This document shows positions 24,101 through 38,114 of a stretch of 64,000 bases of DNA, one piece after another. This DNA is from Lama guanicoe (lineage: Eukaryota). Position 1 is the stretch's first letter. Every line of letters begins with the position of its first letter. Both the position numbers and the translations under genes were made by a program. Location: contig MU053561.1 in NCBI GenBank assembly GCA_013239625.1, positions 2,806,283 through 2,870,282 on the forward strand. Reading direction: 5' to 3'. The notes under the pieces were generated by a model. It saw nothing but the letters and a program-made list of their open reading frames with translations. It had not been told where the DNA came from and searched no databases.

Positions 24101-27100
24101 GAGGGGCGTGGGTGCTGTGAGCGTGGGCCCCGGGGGTGTGGTCTGGTCAGGACAGTCGGGGAGGCCGCCTTGAGAGAGCATCACTGGGATGGGCAGGACG
24201 GGTTAGCCTTTCCTAGGACAAACTAGGTGGGAAAAACAGTGCTGCAAGGCAGAAAGGAGAGCGGCACAGAGACCCATGGTGGGAGGACACATGGGTGGAA
24301 GGAAGGTCGTGTGTCTGGGACTGAAAAAGCCGGGCCTGGGGCTGGTGCTGGAGACCACCAGGTGCCAACTCGGGCAGGGATGAGGCCAAGACCCCTAATC
24401 CCATCAACAATGGGAAGCCACTGAGAAGTACAGGTAGCAGGTGACCTGAAGTGTTCCGACGTATGTAAAATCAGCTGGAGGGAGCCACGTGGCGTAGGTT
24501 CAGGTTCAGACGACAGAGGAGGGTGGCGCGTGGATTAGTGTGGGGGCGGTGAAGCTGGATGGAGAGGAGACAGGATGTGGTGATGGACTGAATACAGTGG
24601 GTGGGGCGGGGATACAGAGAGGAGGGGAAAGCATGTCCGGATGGTCCTAGGTGCCATCAACCAAGATGGGGACCTGAGAAGAGGATAGTGGCCTCGCTCA
24701 GCCTCAGCTCCCCTGGCTCTTGTGCGTGGACCTTCCGAGGACCACTTGGAGGTGCCAGCACTGACACATCTCCCTGGTCAGTCCAGACCTCTGCTTGGAT
24801 CATCCACAGGCCCCCTGGTGTCCCCAGTGGAGGGAGAGAGGCACAGCCAGACAGCAAGACCTTGACGCTCTGGCTGCTACTATCATTCTGTATTGTTTTT
24901 GCCAACTTCCGCACCCCCTCTGGTGGGAAGACAAGAGGCTAAGGATCAAGATAAGGACTAAAAAAGGAGCTATCGACTTGGCAAAATAGACTGAGGAGTT
25001 ACATGATCGATCAATCATACAGTGTTGGAATTGAAGAGAAACGTAGCAAAAAAAGAAATAAAAGAAAGAATAAAAACACCTCTTCTAGAGCAAATTTGAC
25101 AGCTGTTAAAACACCCCTTGCTTCAGCATTTCCAATTGCTGGGAGCAAACTGTCTGAACTAGCTGCCAGCTCCATTGTCACAGGGCTCTGATAGCAGGAG
25201 TAGGGTTTTCTTGTGTTCCCTCGGAGCAACTTCCACCCATTGGTCTTGGTTCCATTCTCTGGAGGCAGAGCAGGTCAATGTCCCTTTTAAAATGTGATGC
25301 CCAGAAGGCGACACAAGACTCCAAATGTGGCCTGATTCAGTTAAAGCCCTGTGGGGAGTTTAGAAGGGGGGAAAAATAATAAAGCCACTGAGTTAACCAG
25401 CTAAAAAAAAATGACAGTCATAGAAAGTGCCCATAAGCGGAGCCTTAGAATCATCAACTAAAGGGAGCCTTTGAAAATACCCAGCTGGTCCCTTTCCCTG
25501 AAGAGATCATACCATCCCATCCAGAGAAGCTGACCTATTTTTTTTTTTGACATCTCTAAAAGCAAGGGTTCCACGGATGTTTATTGCAAGAGGCTTCTTA
25601 CAAAGCAATCATTGTCAAATATTTTCAAATCAGTGTTTTCTAGAAGACTAATTGTTTTTACATTTGCCTCTCTTGCTGTTATCTCTCCAAACACATAAAT
25701 TGTCTTGCTAGCGAAGCCGCTTATTGTATCATTTTCCGGGAGTGCATGTTCTTCTGCTCCTTCTGCTTCTGTTTTAGTTCTTACTGCATTAATTAACCAC
25801 ACTTCCTCTATTATTTCCCTCTGTTTGGTATGGCATCCATGCTCTTTATCCTTATGTTGTTGCATAATGCTTGGTGTGATGGACGTGTTCTCAGAATTGT
25901 GTGCAAATCTAATCTTTGTAAATTGAGTCTCTTCAATTAGAAGTGCCTTCTGAATGCATTTCGAGTGTCATTATTTTGAGGCTGTCCGTGGAAGGTGGCC
26001 TGGGAGAATAGGGAACTCTGGGCCCTTCGGAGCCAGAAAATGAAACCACCCAGCTCTGGGGCTGCCTTTTACAAGCTGTAGCCTGTAGCCTGACTGGTTA
26101 CTTCGTCTGTACGAGCCTTGTTTTCTAGTCTATGAAATGGAGATAATAATGACACCTCAAAATGTTGTTGGAAAGAATAAATAAGCAGAGCAAAATCCCT
26201 GCAGCTGAGGGAGGAGATACATCTGCTCCCTTCGAAGTGAAGAATCATTTTTTAAAGTGAATAATCTTAAAAATCTACTTTGCTAGGTCAGATGTTTCTG
26301 ATCACAGCCTTAGCGCGGGATGCACGTCTGCTGAGTTCGCTCTCTGACTTAGGAGGCTTCTAGCAAACCCCGTCCGGGGGTCTCCCCTGCGGAGCCCACG
26401 CTGTTCTGACAGACCTTCTCACCTGGCCCACAGCAGAGGCTGCTCCCTGCGGGGCTCCTGGCTGCTTTGCCAAGTCTGCTTCGACCCAGCGTGCTTGGGT
26501 CACATTCCTCTGCCCTGGCTACCATCCTCATGTCTCCTTCTAAATATCTTTACCTGCCCTTTTTAAATGTTATTTGGGTCTTTTTGTTTTCCCAAAGCTC
26601 TTCCCCAGAAGGGTGGGATTTTGCATTTGCTTGAATCACCCATCTTTCCTACCTGACTTTGAGTTCCTTGAGAGGCCATGGCCACAGTCCACGCACAGTG
26701 CACGAATGAGGGGCTAGCGACCCTCCCTGGAAACTCTTTCTGCAGCCTGATACCTGGAGCAAGTCACTTCAACTCTCCACTTGTTATCTGTGAAATGAGG
26801 AAATACCATAATGTCAGTGGTTTTCAGGCTGGAGTTCCTAGTCTTTAGGGAACCACAGTGGGAGAAATAGAGAAAAGGAGAAAATTACTCTGAATGTTTT
26901 GAAGAGTTCGAAAGAAAGTGTACGTTTACCCAGTTAAGGCTGCACTGGTTCGTGTAAACACTGTCCCTTGATCTGATACCAGTTCTGTCTGGTGTCACAG
27001 GTACAATCACATTGCTCAGCGTGTGCATCAGTCAGGATTCTTGGTTGTGAAGAACAGAAACCAAGTCTGATTGACTAGAGCAAAAAATAACTGCCCTGGA

Positions 27101-27761
27101 AATTTGTCGGCTGGCTCTAGACAAAACAGAAAGGCAGGAGGACCAGGCTATGGAAGCGGGCAGTAACCAGAGAAAGCTGGGCGATGAGGTGCTCAGCTAA
27201 GTTCCCATCAAAGGAGCAGCCTGGTGGGGGTGCCACTGGACACCAGACGCTGACCTGCTGGAACCACCCCTCTACGGCACAGGATCTGTTGCCCAGTGGG
27301 GTGACTGCCAAACTATGGTGGCTGCTTTGTATCACTCAGTGCAGATGCAAAGTCTCAGGTGAGAGGATCCAGTTAGCTAACCTTAAACTTTCCGTGTCCA
27401 GCTGCTGGAGGACAGGGGTACTTGCTAGATACCTGCCAGTATTAGGTCTTGAGAGACTCTATTCTATTAGGAGAATTTCCCAAATATAGAAAGAGGACAG
27501 CCCCCGAAACAGCAAATGTCCTTTATGGTTGATAAATGTCATGATGAGTAAACCACTTAGGACTTAATCAATGGGGAAATTTTTTATTTTGAAACATAGG
27601 AGCCATAAAAAAAGAAAATAATGAATTGGCTTGATGACTTTAAAAAAAAAAAATTTGACCAGAGTAGATGTCTAATGTTACTTTCAAGCTTAGGTGCCCC
27701 CTGCAGGCAAGATAGAGAAATAAGAACTGAACTGATTTTTCTCAAACTGTTTCAGCAAACA

Positions 27762-28114
27762 CAATTGTCCCTCAGATCTGAGGGGGATTGGTTCAAGGAC
27801 CCCCTATGGATACCAAAATCTATGGAGACTCTAATTCCTTATTTTATAAAATGGTGTAGTATTTGCATATAGCCTACACACATCTTCCTTTCCACATACT
27901 TATAGATTTCTTATATAATACTTCCAGATTGCTTATAATACCCAATACAGTGTAAATGCTATGTAAATAGTTGTAAATACAGTGTAGATGCTAAGTAGTT
28001 GGCAGTGCAAGTTTTGCTTTTTGGGACTTTCTGTAATTTTTTTTAAAAATAATTTTGATCCAAGTTTGGTTGAATTCATAGATACAGGACCTGTGGATAT
28101 AGAGGGCTGACTGT
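27762..28114. mobile_element. MER2-like Tigger MITE
   Basis: GGGGATTGGTTCAAGGACCCCC...GGATACCAAAATC...ATAAAATGGTGTAGTATTTGCATA, ending GAGGGCTGACTG-TA. Confidence 0.75.
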
Positions 28115-28253
28115 ATATTCCATTAAAACCTAGATTTTTTTTAGAATTAATCGCTGCTCAGGAATAATTAGCCATAGCTGATATTAGGTTCTGCTACATA
28201 TAAGAGAAGACAAGAGGAATACGGAGTTTTCTTTTACATTAAAAAAATCTGCT

Positions 28254-28338
28254 GGGGGAGGGTATAGCTCAGTGGTAGAATACTTGCTTAGCATGTACGA
28301 GGTCCTGGGTTCAATCCCCAGTACCTCCATTAAAATAA

Positions 28339-28381
<43 letters not shown>

Positions 28382-28440
28382 AAAACTTAATTATCTGCCC
28401 CCAAAATACAAAAATAAAAAAAGAAATGAAAAAAAAAAGA
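28254..28440 (+). mobile_element. Vic-1-like SINE with (TAAA)n microsatellite
   Basis: GGGGGAGGGTATAGCTCAGTGGTAGA...GGTTCAATCCCCAG, long TAAA array, flanked by AAATCTG on both sides. Confidence 0.9.
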
Positions 28441-29634
28441 AATCTGGAGGTAGGCAGTCCCAGGGTGGTATGGTGGCTTTAGTTCATGAACCCATGCCTC
28501 TTTCATTTTTACTCTGCCATCCTGAGTAGTTCAGTGCATTTATCCACAAGGACACCTCCTCAGGGTTGCTGGAGCTCCAGCCATTATGTCTACTTCCAGA
28601 CAGGAAGTAGGAGGAATAGTGAAGGGACAAAAGGCAAAAGAGTGCATATAAACTGTCTGCCCATCTTAAGACTTCCTGAAAGTTGCAGTTAACAATATCT
28701 GCTTGCATCTTATTGACCACATGTAATTTCAGGACAGCCTAAGATGTATATGATCTTTTAGCTGATCACATAGCCACCCAACTATCAAGTGGGCGACTAG
28801 CAGCCTTTGCCTCCCCAAGAAACTCTCAAGATGACCAGAGGCAGTCAGAGGTCTAATCTGATGGCTGTTGGCTCTCTTGCCGCAGTTAACTTTATGGGTA
28901 TCACTTAAGGCCAAGGAAGCCTCAGGGGAAGAGACCAGCACAGATGCCTTAGGAGCGTCTTTCTGAAACACCTGGAAATTGGTTATGGGTCCTTCCAGGA
29001 TCTTCCTAGAGAATAACAAAAACAGTGAACATTTGTGGAGTGTTTACCTTCTGCCAGGTACTGCGCGATGAACTTCATCTTCACCATCTCACCTCATCCT
29101 CACAGCCTCTCCATGAGGTAAGGCAAAATTGTGCCCGGCCTGCAAAGAAGGAAACCACGGATTAGCTGGCAATAAATATCTTGCTTGATCACAGTTAGGA
29201 TGTGGAAAGCCGGGGTCAAAACCTGGGGCTGTCTGACTCTGGGTGTGCTTCCATTTCACCCTGCTCTTTTAAAAGATTGCAAGGCTCCCAGCTGCTGCAA
29301 AGTCAGATTCTTAAGAACACATTTGCATCGTTTCTCGGTTGCTGCCTTAATTACACATAATAAAGGTATTTAGTTATAGAAGAAAAGCTGATGAGCCTGT
29401 ACTGTAATAAAAAGCTCTTGCCAAGAGCTGTTTCCTTTGTCAGGAGAGAACTTGCTCAAAGACAGTGGGAAGCCGTGATTCATTCTTATGCCGCAGTGTT
29501 ACTACGAGAAATTCGGTTCATCGGGAGTGGCTGTCACAGAACTGTAAGCTGAGACAGGCGTGCTGCAACCGCCACCAATGCCCGGACTGGGAAGTTGCGA
29601 CAAGAGAAGACCAGCGCCGTCTGTGGCAGATTTA

Positions 29635-29827
29635 TCAGGGTCCACACACTTTGTGGGCCGACTGCCTGTTTTTGTAAATAAAGCTTTAATGGGACAGAGT
29701 CAGGTTCATGCGCCTGCAGCTGATTTACAGCTGCATCCACACGACAGCAGCAGAGTAGGGGAAGTTGCCACAGACAGCACCTGGCGTGTGAATCCTAAAA
29801 TACTCTCTGACCCTTTACCAGCCCTGG
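29635..29827. mobile_element. MER58-like hAT-Charlie relic
   Basis: CTGCCTGTTTTTGTAAATAAAG...AGTTGCCACAGAC...CCTAAAATA...CCCTTTAC pattern. Confidence 0.6.
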
Positions 29828-32800
29828 CTTAGAAGGCGGGAGTTTGGATAGATCAGAGGACTCAGTCCTACCCTGTTTGGGTCTCTCTCTGGGAGGGTGT
29901 GCACTGACCCTGCCCTCTGACCCCGTCCAGGGCACCGTCACCTTGCCCCTGCGTGACTGCTCCAGCCTACTTCCTGCCTTCCTGTGTCCCCGCTGCCCCT
30001 GCAGTCTGCTCTCCACACTGCAGCCAGAGCGCTCCTTTGAAACATAAGCCTTTTCTTGTCACTGCCTCCCTCCAAGCCCTCAGAGGGCTTCCACTTCATG
30101 GAGTCAAGCCCAAGGTCCCCAGAGTGACTTGCAGGACCCCCCGTCATCTGTCCACTGCCCTCCGAGTTCCTCTCTGAGCTGTCTGCTCCGCTGGCTCCCT
30201 CTGCCCGCTCTGTCCCAGCCACACCAGTCTCCTTACCTGCCTTGAACTGCCAAGCACCATCTCCACTCACAGCCACGGATGGGGAGCCAGCCCCAGAATG
30301 ACTGTCTACATCTATGCTTCATGGCTGGGAGGCAGCAGCCCAGGCAGACCCTTGGCATTGCAGGGTGGCCTCGAGACTGGTTCTCACTGATGGAACGTAA
30401 CAGGAAGTGGCCCTGTCACTTCCACCAGGGGTGCAGGTCTTAAGAACTGTTTGTACCTTCTCCACTCCCCATCCACCCCTTGCTGGGGAGGGCCTCAAGA
30501 CCGTTGGAAACAGGAAAGCCACAAGCTAGAAGGCCGCTGAGTCTCTGGACCCAAATGAAGACTGCCCATCACCAGCAGCATAACATTGGACTGAAACATG
30601 AGTAAGAAAACATTCGTTGTGCTACACTTTTATTGTTTTCGGGTTTGTTTGTCATGACAGTGTGACCTTGACTAACTCGAGGTCTTTGCACTTGCTGTTC
30701 CCTCTGCCTGGAAGGCTCTTCCCCAAATATCTGCATGGCTTTCGACTGCTTTCAGATCTCTGTTCAACTGCCATCTTATCCAAGAGGCTTTCCCAGATGA
30801 TCCTAAAGGGAAGAGCAACTCACCTGCCATCCAGCACTCTCCACCCTGTGCTGTTTTGTTTTGCTCAACACCCACCGTCACCTGACAGAGTCTCTGTTTA
30901 GCTTGCTGTTCAGTGTGTGAGCTGTGTGCCATCTTCCTCACTCCACTAGGATGTGAGCCCCCACATGCCCTGTGGCTTAGCACAGTGCTTGCCACAGCAC
31001 AGAGGCCCAGTAAATGTTTGATGAGTGAACAAATGACAGACCAACCATCTCAAGGACTGTCTTCCTGACTAGATACACAAGGATTGATGGGGAAAAGAAT
31101 AAGGAGCAGATGGTGGGGTGGAGGGAAGATAGGCTGATATGGTAGGATGATTCCCTTTGCAATTTTTAATATAAGTAAACTGGTATTTGATGTCAGAGAC
31201 AATGACCACAGCAGGCACGTGGAGCCCTGCCCCCACAGGGGTGTGGGGCACGGGCGTAACACACCGTGAGGGCTGCTCTGTCACAGGGATGGGCATCAAA
31301 TTTAGCCTGGGGGTCAGGGGAAGCTTGCCAAGGGAGGCAACACCTAGAAGGAACAGGCTGTGAGAAGAAGCCAGAAGAGGATTTCCGAGCATACGGGAGG
31401 CCAGGAGACGTGCCACAGCCTGGAGGGTTTGAGGAGCCCTGAACCATCTGATGCGGCGTGAACTCAGGGATGGGCAGGGAGTGGAGGTAGGGGAGGGCCG
31501 AAAGGCCTGTGGGGCCAGATCATGAACAGACTTGCTTGTTATGCTAAGCAGCTTGAACTGCATCTTGAAAGCGATGGGAAGCAGGCAAGAGAGGGCTAAG
31601 CCTGAGAATGGCATAATCAGAGGTGTGTTTTATAAGGCTCTTTCTAGCAGCCACCTATAAAATGGGATTGGCAAGGGCGTGAGATTAGAGACCAGGTGAG
31701 GCAAATATGCAGAGATGTCCCGGGGTGGTCCAGGATCCCAGTGCCTCGCTGCTGCTGCAAGACAATTACAGACCACATGGCCTCGCTCTAGCCAATGGGA
31801 GCCTGGGAAGCTGCTTCCACTTTTCTTCCTCCTTGTGCCAGGTGAGGGGGGTGGGTACCATCTGGGCTCTAGGAAAAGGCCGTGGTTTCCAGCAGTGGCA
31901 TCTCTGAATCCTTGTTGAGCTCTGCACTCTACCTTCCCTCACTATCCAGCAGGGACCCTGTAGTGATGGCTGACCCTGATGAATTACTGCCACAGACCAT
32001 TGCCCATGAATAGGCCAAGGGCACTGGGGTCCAGCTGAAGGGAGGATATTTGGGAGGCCCCGGGATTTCAGGTCTGCCATGTTAGAACATAAGTGTTTAG
32101 GGCCTTGGCATCTGAGGTGTCCAGAGGGGAGATACTGAGACCATATATCTGCATCTCAGATGAGTGGAGTTGGCCTTCTCCAGTTAGGAGAGGCTGAGAA
32201 AGACAAGGAGAGGTCAGCAAGCGGTAGCAGGAGAGCTTCTGAGACTCTTGGTTTGCTCCCAGGCACTTGGTAGCTTCCACGCGGCAGCATCCACACAGCA
32301 GCAGAACTCAATTTGTGCATTTCCATCACCTCCTGAGCTCACCCACCCGTGGAGCACTTGCTGAGGATTGCGGGTGCAATGGGGACTGGAAGGATGGTGG
32401 ATGGGGTCTCCAGGGTGTGCAGATAATTCTTGGAGCTGAGCAGTGAGTGAACCACAGGGGTCACAGCTTCCAGCAATGACTCTTGAAAGGAAGGCGAGGG
32501 TCAAGTCAGCCCTTATGTCTCACCTGGTTTGTGCTGTGAGAGAACATTCTGCATCTGAGGAGCTTGGAAAAGTCACAAGGCTGGAGTGAGCAGCACAGGC
32601 AGTGGGTGTGAGAGTGAGGTCGGAAGCCGAGGATGCCATGTGGAATGTTTGACAAGTGCCTGAAACAGGGTCTTACTGCCCAGGACTGGCTTTCACAGCT
32701 CTCTGTGGCCCTCGTTATGTATGGGTGGCTCGGGGCATTGAGTCAGATGCTCAGAAGGGCCAGCAAGCCATGCAGCTGGGGTGACTGGTCTCCATCCAAA

Positions 32801-32919
32801 AGGGGAGCCGCCCATCATCTCCATCCATTTGTTGCCATGGGGCCCTGGGGACCAGCGTCATCAGATCTTCTGATTCTTTAAGAAAAAGGCAAGATCCAGA
32901 TTCTTATCGGATATCTCTT

Positions 32920-33370
32920 CTATTAGTCACCTTTTCTAGGTTAGGCTGTAGTAACAAACAGCCCCCAAAACATCAGTGGCTCGTACCAGTAAAGGTTCAT
33001 TTCTGTTCCTATTACATATCAGCAATGGGAGCTTTGCTCTGCGTGTCTTCTTGTTCAAGGATCCAGGCTGAAGAGCAGACCGCATCCTAGATGTGCTCCC
33101 AGGTGGCCGAGGGAGCTTCGGCTCACACCCTATCCACCATGGCAAGGCCCCCAGCCAAGCCTGAGTAACTGGGGAGGAGGGCGAATGCCCACCCGCCCCC
33201 ACCTCCCACAGGAAGACACAGCCGTTCACACGGCCACTGGTGGGAGGGCAGAGGACAACTGGGGCAAGGATACCATTGGTCACACTCCCTCTTTTTAAAG
33301 GTGGGCAACTGCACCAAAAGGGTCATAAAAGCTGGGTGGAGCCAAACAAACACAGGGAACCACAGGCCGT
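32920..33370 (-). mobile_element. MaLR (MLT1-type) LTR relic
   Basis: TTAGGCTGTAGTAACAAACAGCCCCCAAAACATCAGTGGCT and CCATTGGTCACA motifs; similar relics near 3.3, 21.3, 27.2, 28.5, 30.5, 48.6, 52.9 and 60.7 kb. Confidence 0.55.
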
Positions 33371-36300
33371 GAATTTACAACTTTTCATTTATAGGGTCAG
33401 AGATGGAGTGAACAGTCGTGCTCTCTTCCTGAACCACAGACACCGGCTCAGAATCCTGTGAGCTTAGTAGTCCTCTCAAAAAGAGAAAAATGCTTACTAT
33501 GCCTTCACATTATGGGTGACTCTGTACTGGCTCCTCGCAATCACTACTTCCTTTTATAGGTGCTCGTAAATTCCCTGTAAACAATTCTTTTCATAAATTT
33601 TACCCAGGATCCAGGTTGCTTACCATTTGTGGTTTTCAGAACTCACCGTCATCTATTTTTTGCATTCAGCACGTATGTTACCAGTCTTGTTCTCCCCAGA
33701 ACTCAGCCGTGACATTTGCAAGATCTTTTGGCACCCAAGGGTTAAATGGTTTTGGGCCAAGAAAGTGGACTCCACTTCCAACAGTAGGAAGCTCTCCTGC
33801 ATTCTCTTTGTTATTTCTTTGTAATAGGTGTGTCCTGGCTGAAGCCAAGACCTTCCATTTTCTTTGTAAATCATATGGGTAGGATCTGTGGAAGTTGCCA
33901 TTCACACCTGCATCCATCTTTGTCCGGAAGAAGATGATGAGTTGACTCCATCTGGATGGTACATCCTTGGGTCACACTTTGTGGGTCACTTTGTTACATA
34001 CCCATGTAAGCCAGGCCCCAGTGTGTGCTCTTTGGATTAAAGTCGTCATTAATCTGGATGTGATTTTAGGTTTGGATGATTAATGTTTTGTCTTAGTAGT
34101 GTATGTTTTGGTCTATGACTGAGCCTGAGCTAAGTCACTGTGACCTTGCTTTCAGAGAAGGGGAGAAATATTTCTTAACGCTGTATGAAAGTAGGTGAAT
34201 TACAGTATTTGATTATTCTTGCAGAGTTGAGAGTAGTTTTTCCCTGAGCAATTGTTTGTCGGGCTGAGACCCAGAGGACTGCAAGGGCCGTTCAGGTGGA
34301 GTATTGACCTCTCCTAAAAGAAGCTATGAAAGAGAACCAGGGATGCTCAGAGCAGTGGAACCTGGGTGGACCGATCCTGTCCTTCATGTGACGTCACTGG
34401 AAACTGATGGCCCCAGAGTCTCTTAGACTATCACGTACTGATGGGACCATCCTATTGGTCACTGCAGGATAAGATTGCAGGCCTGGCATGGGGGCTGGGT
34501 TTTCCAGGGGAAGGCATATGCCATCACCAATCAGAGAGAAGAGCAGATGCTGGAGCAGGAAATGAGCACAGGGAGGCTGGCCCTTTCTGGGCCTTGGTGG
34601 GGTTGGGCTGGAGTCCTGTGCTGGCTCCTGGGAGCCCTGTAGGGAGACAGTGCAGCTTGTCTGTGGAACACAGAGCCTGGCCAAGGGGTGGCACCAAGCC
34701 GTGTGTCCAAAGGCCATGTCCACCCTGGTGTGGGGCTGCCCCTGCTGGGAGAAAGGCGCTCCTTTTTCTTCATACAGAGCTACTACCTACTGACCAGTGG
34801 GCCCACAGGGCTGTGCCCACCAATTGGGATCTCCTTCTAATGTATCCACCACCTTAGGGGAGGGCAGAGGGGTCACATTTTTTCTGTGTCATCAGCCCAG
34901 TGAACCCTTTACTTTCTATGAAGGCATCTTCTGCATACAAAGGGATGGCCTGCTCAAGGCGGGTACTTTTATTGTAGTTTATACAAAAGCATTCCTAAAT
35001 CTGGGCCTGAGAACCCGGAAATTAGCACTATCTTTTCACTCTTGGTAGTTACCCTCGCCTTGTTCTTTTAGTTTTTTGGAATGTGCCGTAAAGCCTCTCT
35101 GAGAGTTAGAGATTTAATGAGTTCCAGCTCTACGTCAGGAACTGATCTGGACTCTGGGGATGCCTAAGTGAGAAAAGCAGAACAGACAGACAGACTCCCT
35201 GCCCGTGTGCAGCTTGTGTTCCAGAGGGAGAATTGTGTGGGCTCAGTTGTGCTCGGGAGATTGAGGAAAGGCTGTGTCTTCCCTCTGATGCTCTGGTGGG
35301 AGGGCAGAGTGGGGCCCGGGGGCCCTCACCCCGAGGCTTGCCTGGTGGTAGCCTCGGTAGAACTGGCTGGCGAGAGCCCGCAGGGGGCCCGTCTCTCGAG
35401 TATCATTAGCAGCAGGCAGAGATTTGGCAGGGAGTACAAACACTCAGAGCCTGGCACCCTGGGCATCTCAGAAATAGCTGAGGTACACCGTGAGAGGGCT
35501 AAATCCTGCAGGAGCATCCAGGTACGGAGCGGGTATGTGAATCTGCTCATAGATTTCCGTGTGGCTTCCTGCCCACTCAACGGCGTTAATTCTGCCTTTG
35601 CCAGTCTGAGCATCAGTCCTCCTAGCTGAGAATCTGGAAGGAAAGAACAAGTTGGGGGTTCTGCTATCTTGCTATCATCTGTCAGCAGATTACAAGTCCC
35701 ACTTAGCCTCCCTTTCCTCTTGAGCTCTCTGCTCGCTGAGAGTCTCTGCTGCCAGAGACCTCACCACCCTTCTCCGGACATTTCTAAAATCTACTTTCGC
35801 AGCAGGTTCAGGGGCTTCGTCTGGCTGGGCCCTGGATGTCACTAGCTTATGAAGTTCAGTGAGCCGTTCTTCTCCTTTCTTTCCTGAAATTATGAAAGAT
35901 GAAACTGTCAGCAGCTCGAGGAGACCGTATAAGACACCCTGGCCTAGCGGAGTGAGGTTCCTCACTGTCCCACCACCCCCACCCCATCTTGCTCTCTGCC
36001 ACCAGAAGGCCAGCTCTGGCCGTGGGGCCTTGAGGGCAGCACCACTGCACGTGGGCAAACAGGCGTGAGAGCGCAGCTCAGCCGAGCAGGTACCAGGTGG
36101 AAATCCACGTGAGCCTTTGTGTCCTGCAGCCATGCGACCACTGGCCTCCTCCGCAGCCCGGCTGACCCGCTTCTGGCTTCCGCCCCTGGCTCCTCCCTCT
36201 ACCTGTGTCTGACTCTCATGACTCTCTCTCTAGATTTGACTCACTCGTGTCACATGGCTTCTGCCCTTCAACTGACCTTGAGCCTGGATTTGTCTGTTCT

Positions 36301-36922
36301 TGAGTCGGTTCATTTTGTATCTAGTGTAGCTCCTGCTCCCATGTGCCTGTGCCTGGCTGCTTCCTGGCTGGGCTGGCTGTACTCTCAAACCCTTGATCCT
36401 TGCTTCCAGGAGCTAGCTGTGCCCCCGGCCCCAGCCCAGCACGCAGACTGTGATGCTCCTTAGAATCGTGTCATCCGTTTCTTACATCTGGTTTCACAAC
36501 CAGAGCACATGCCACTATCACGTTCCCGTCCCTCTCCTCTCTTCGCTCTACTCTCTCTACCCTCGTGGCGTATGGATATCCAGGCAGGTGCACTCACACC
36601 TGTGTGACACTCGCTCACTTTTTACTCCCTTTCCTACCAAAAGAGGAAAGAACTCTCCATTGCTGCCACCCCTTCCCATCCCCCAAGGCTAATGAAACCA
36701 GCGCAGGCACATTTGTCTTCCTGAGCTGAGTCTCAAGGTCATCTTTCGCAGAATCTATCCTCTCTACCCTGAGGTACAGACTCCAAGTCGGCACATTTCA
36801 CTCTTCCTAGTTATTTTGTTCCATTTTTCTTGTTGTTTCCATGTCTTTTAATTTTATCAAGCCCTATAGTTTTGCTGCCTCAGCTGGTGCTTTGTTTAAC
36901 ACATCTTTGTTTTAAAAATGAC

Positions 36923-36925
36923 ATA

Positions 36926-36983
<58 letters not shown>

Positions 36984-37050
36984 ATCACTATACTGTACGC
37001 CAGAAACTAACACAACGTTGTAAATTGACTGTACTTCAATGATTTTTTTT
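36923..37050 (+). mobile_element. Short L1 3' end with (GT)n(AT)n microsatellite
   Basis: AACTGAATCACTATACTGTACGCCAGAAACTAACACAACGTTGTAAATTGACTGTACTTCAAT; flanked by AAATGACA on both sides. Confidence 0.8.
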
Positions 37051-37597
37051 AAATGACAGAAATTCAATTCCAACAAGCTCAAGCACAGAGAGAATTTGCA
37101 GACTTGTGTAACCCAAACAAGGAGGGCAGGAGCAGTGCTGGGATCAGTGATGACTGGTCCGGAGCCGGAAGTTCTCTGCACACTTCCTCCGGCTCTCCTG
37201 CGGGCTGCAGGGCAACGCTCTGCCCTTCCAGGGGCTTTCCTCTCAGCAGCTCCAGGCTCGCGTGTTCATAGCTCTGCCATAGGATCGGGAAGGGCTTCTT
37301 TCTCAGTTAGAAAAATCCTTGAAAGTACCAGGTTGGCATCTTGGGTGACTGGGTCATCCCTGAGTCCAAGAACAAAACTGGAAAAGCCCTTACAGATCTT
37401 CATCTCTGGGTGGCAGCCCTAAATAACAGGTGTCTGGTCCTGGAGAAAAGAGTGGATATTAACAGACAAACAATAGATGTCCTCTATAGACCAAGGTCAA
37501 ATACATCCTGGCTCTGAATCCTACATCAGTCCCCCTCCAAGCCCTCTCCCTGTTGCTGGTCTTCTAGTCCAGAAGACTAGAGGTAATTCTACCTTGG

Positions 37598-38054
37598 TGT
37601 ACTGATCAGGGTTCTTCAGAGAAACAGAACCAAAGAGAGAGAGAAAGAGAGAGAATATGAAGAGATCTGCTGCAAGAAATTGGCTCACACAGTTACAGAG
37701 GCTGACGAACCTGTGATCTGTAGTCTGCAAACTGGAGACCCAGGAGAACTGGTGGTATAGTCTGAGTCTGAGCTGAAGGCCTGGGAACCAGGGCAGCTGA
37801 ATCCCAGGGCAGGAGGAGACTGATGTCCCAGTTCAGCAGTCAAGCAGAGAGAGAGAGAATTCCTGCTTCCTCTTCCCAGTTCGTTCTCTTCAGGCCTCAG
37901 TGGATAGACGATGCCCACCCACGTTGGGGAGGGCAATCTGTTTTACCGCGTCCACTGTTTCAAGTGCTAATCTCTCCCCCGAAACACCCTCACAGACGTG
38001 CTCAGAAGGAGTGTTTAGCGAAACATCAAGCAGACATATAACATTAACCATCAC
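37598..38054 (-). mobile_element. MLT2-type (ERVL) solo LTR
   Basis: Minus strand begins TGTGATGGTTAAT; the other end contains CAGGGTTCTTCAGAGAAACAGAACCAA and GAAATTGGCTCAC, as in MLT2. Confidence 0.8.
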
Positions 38055-38114
38055 ACTGAACAGCTTGGTTATGGAGATTTGGACCCCAGTGCAAAAAGCT
38101 TTTTGTGGGTAAAA

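Noticed and set aside
34072..34130. Possible C/D-box snoRNA (GATGAT...CTGA)
   Set aside because: No convincing terminal stem, no recognisable guide sequence and no evident host-gene intron.
35168..36133. Cluster of 95-153 aa ORFs
   Set aside because: No recognisable homology or consistent splice structure; such ORFs are expected in GC-rich intergenic DNA.
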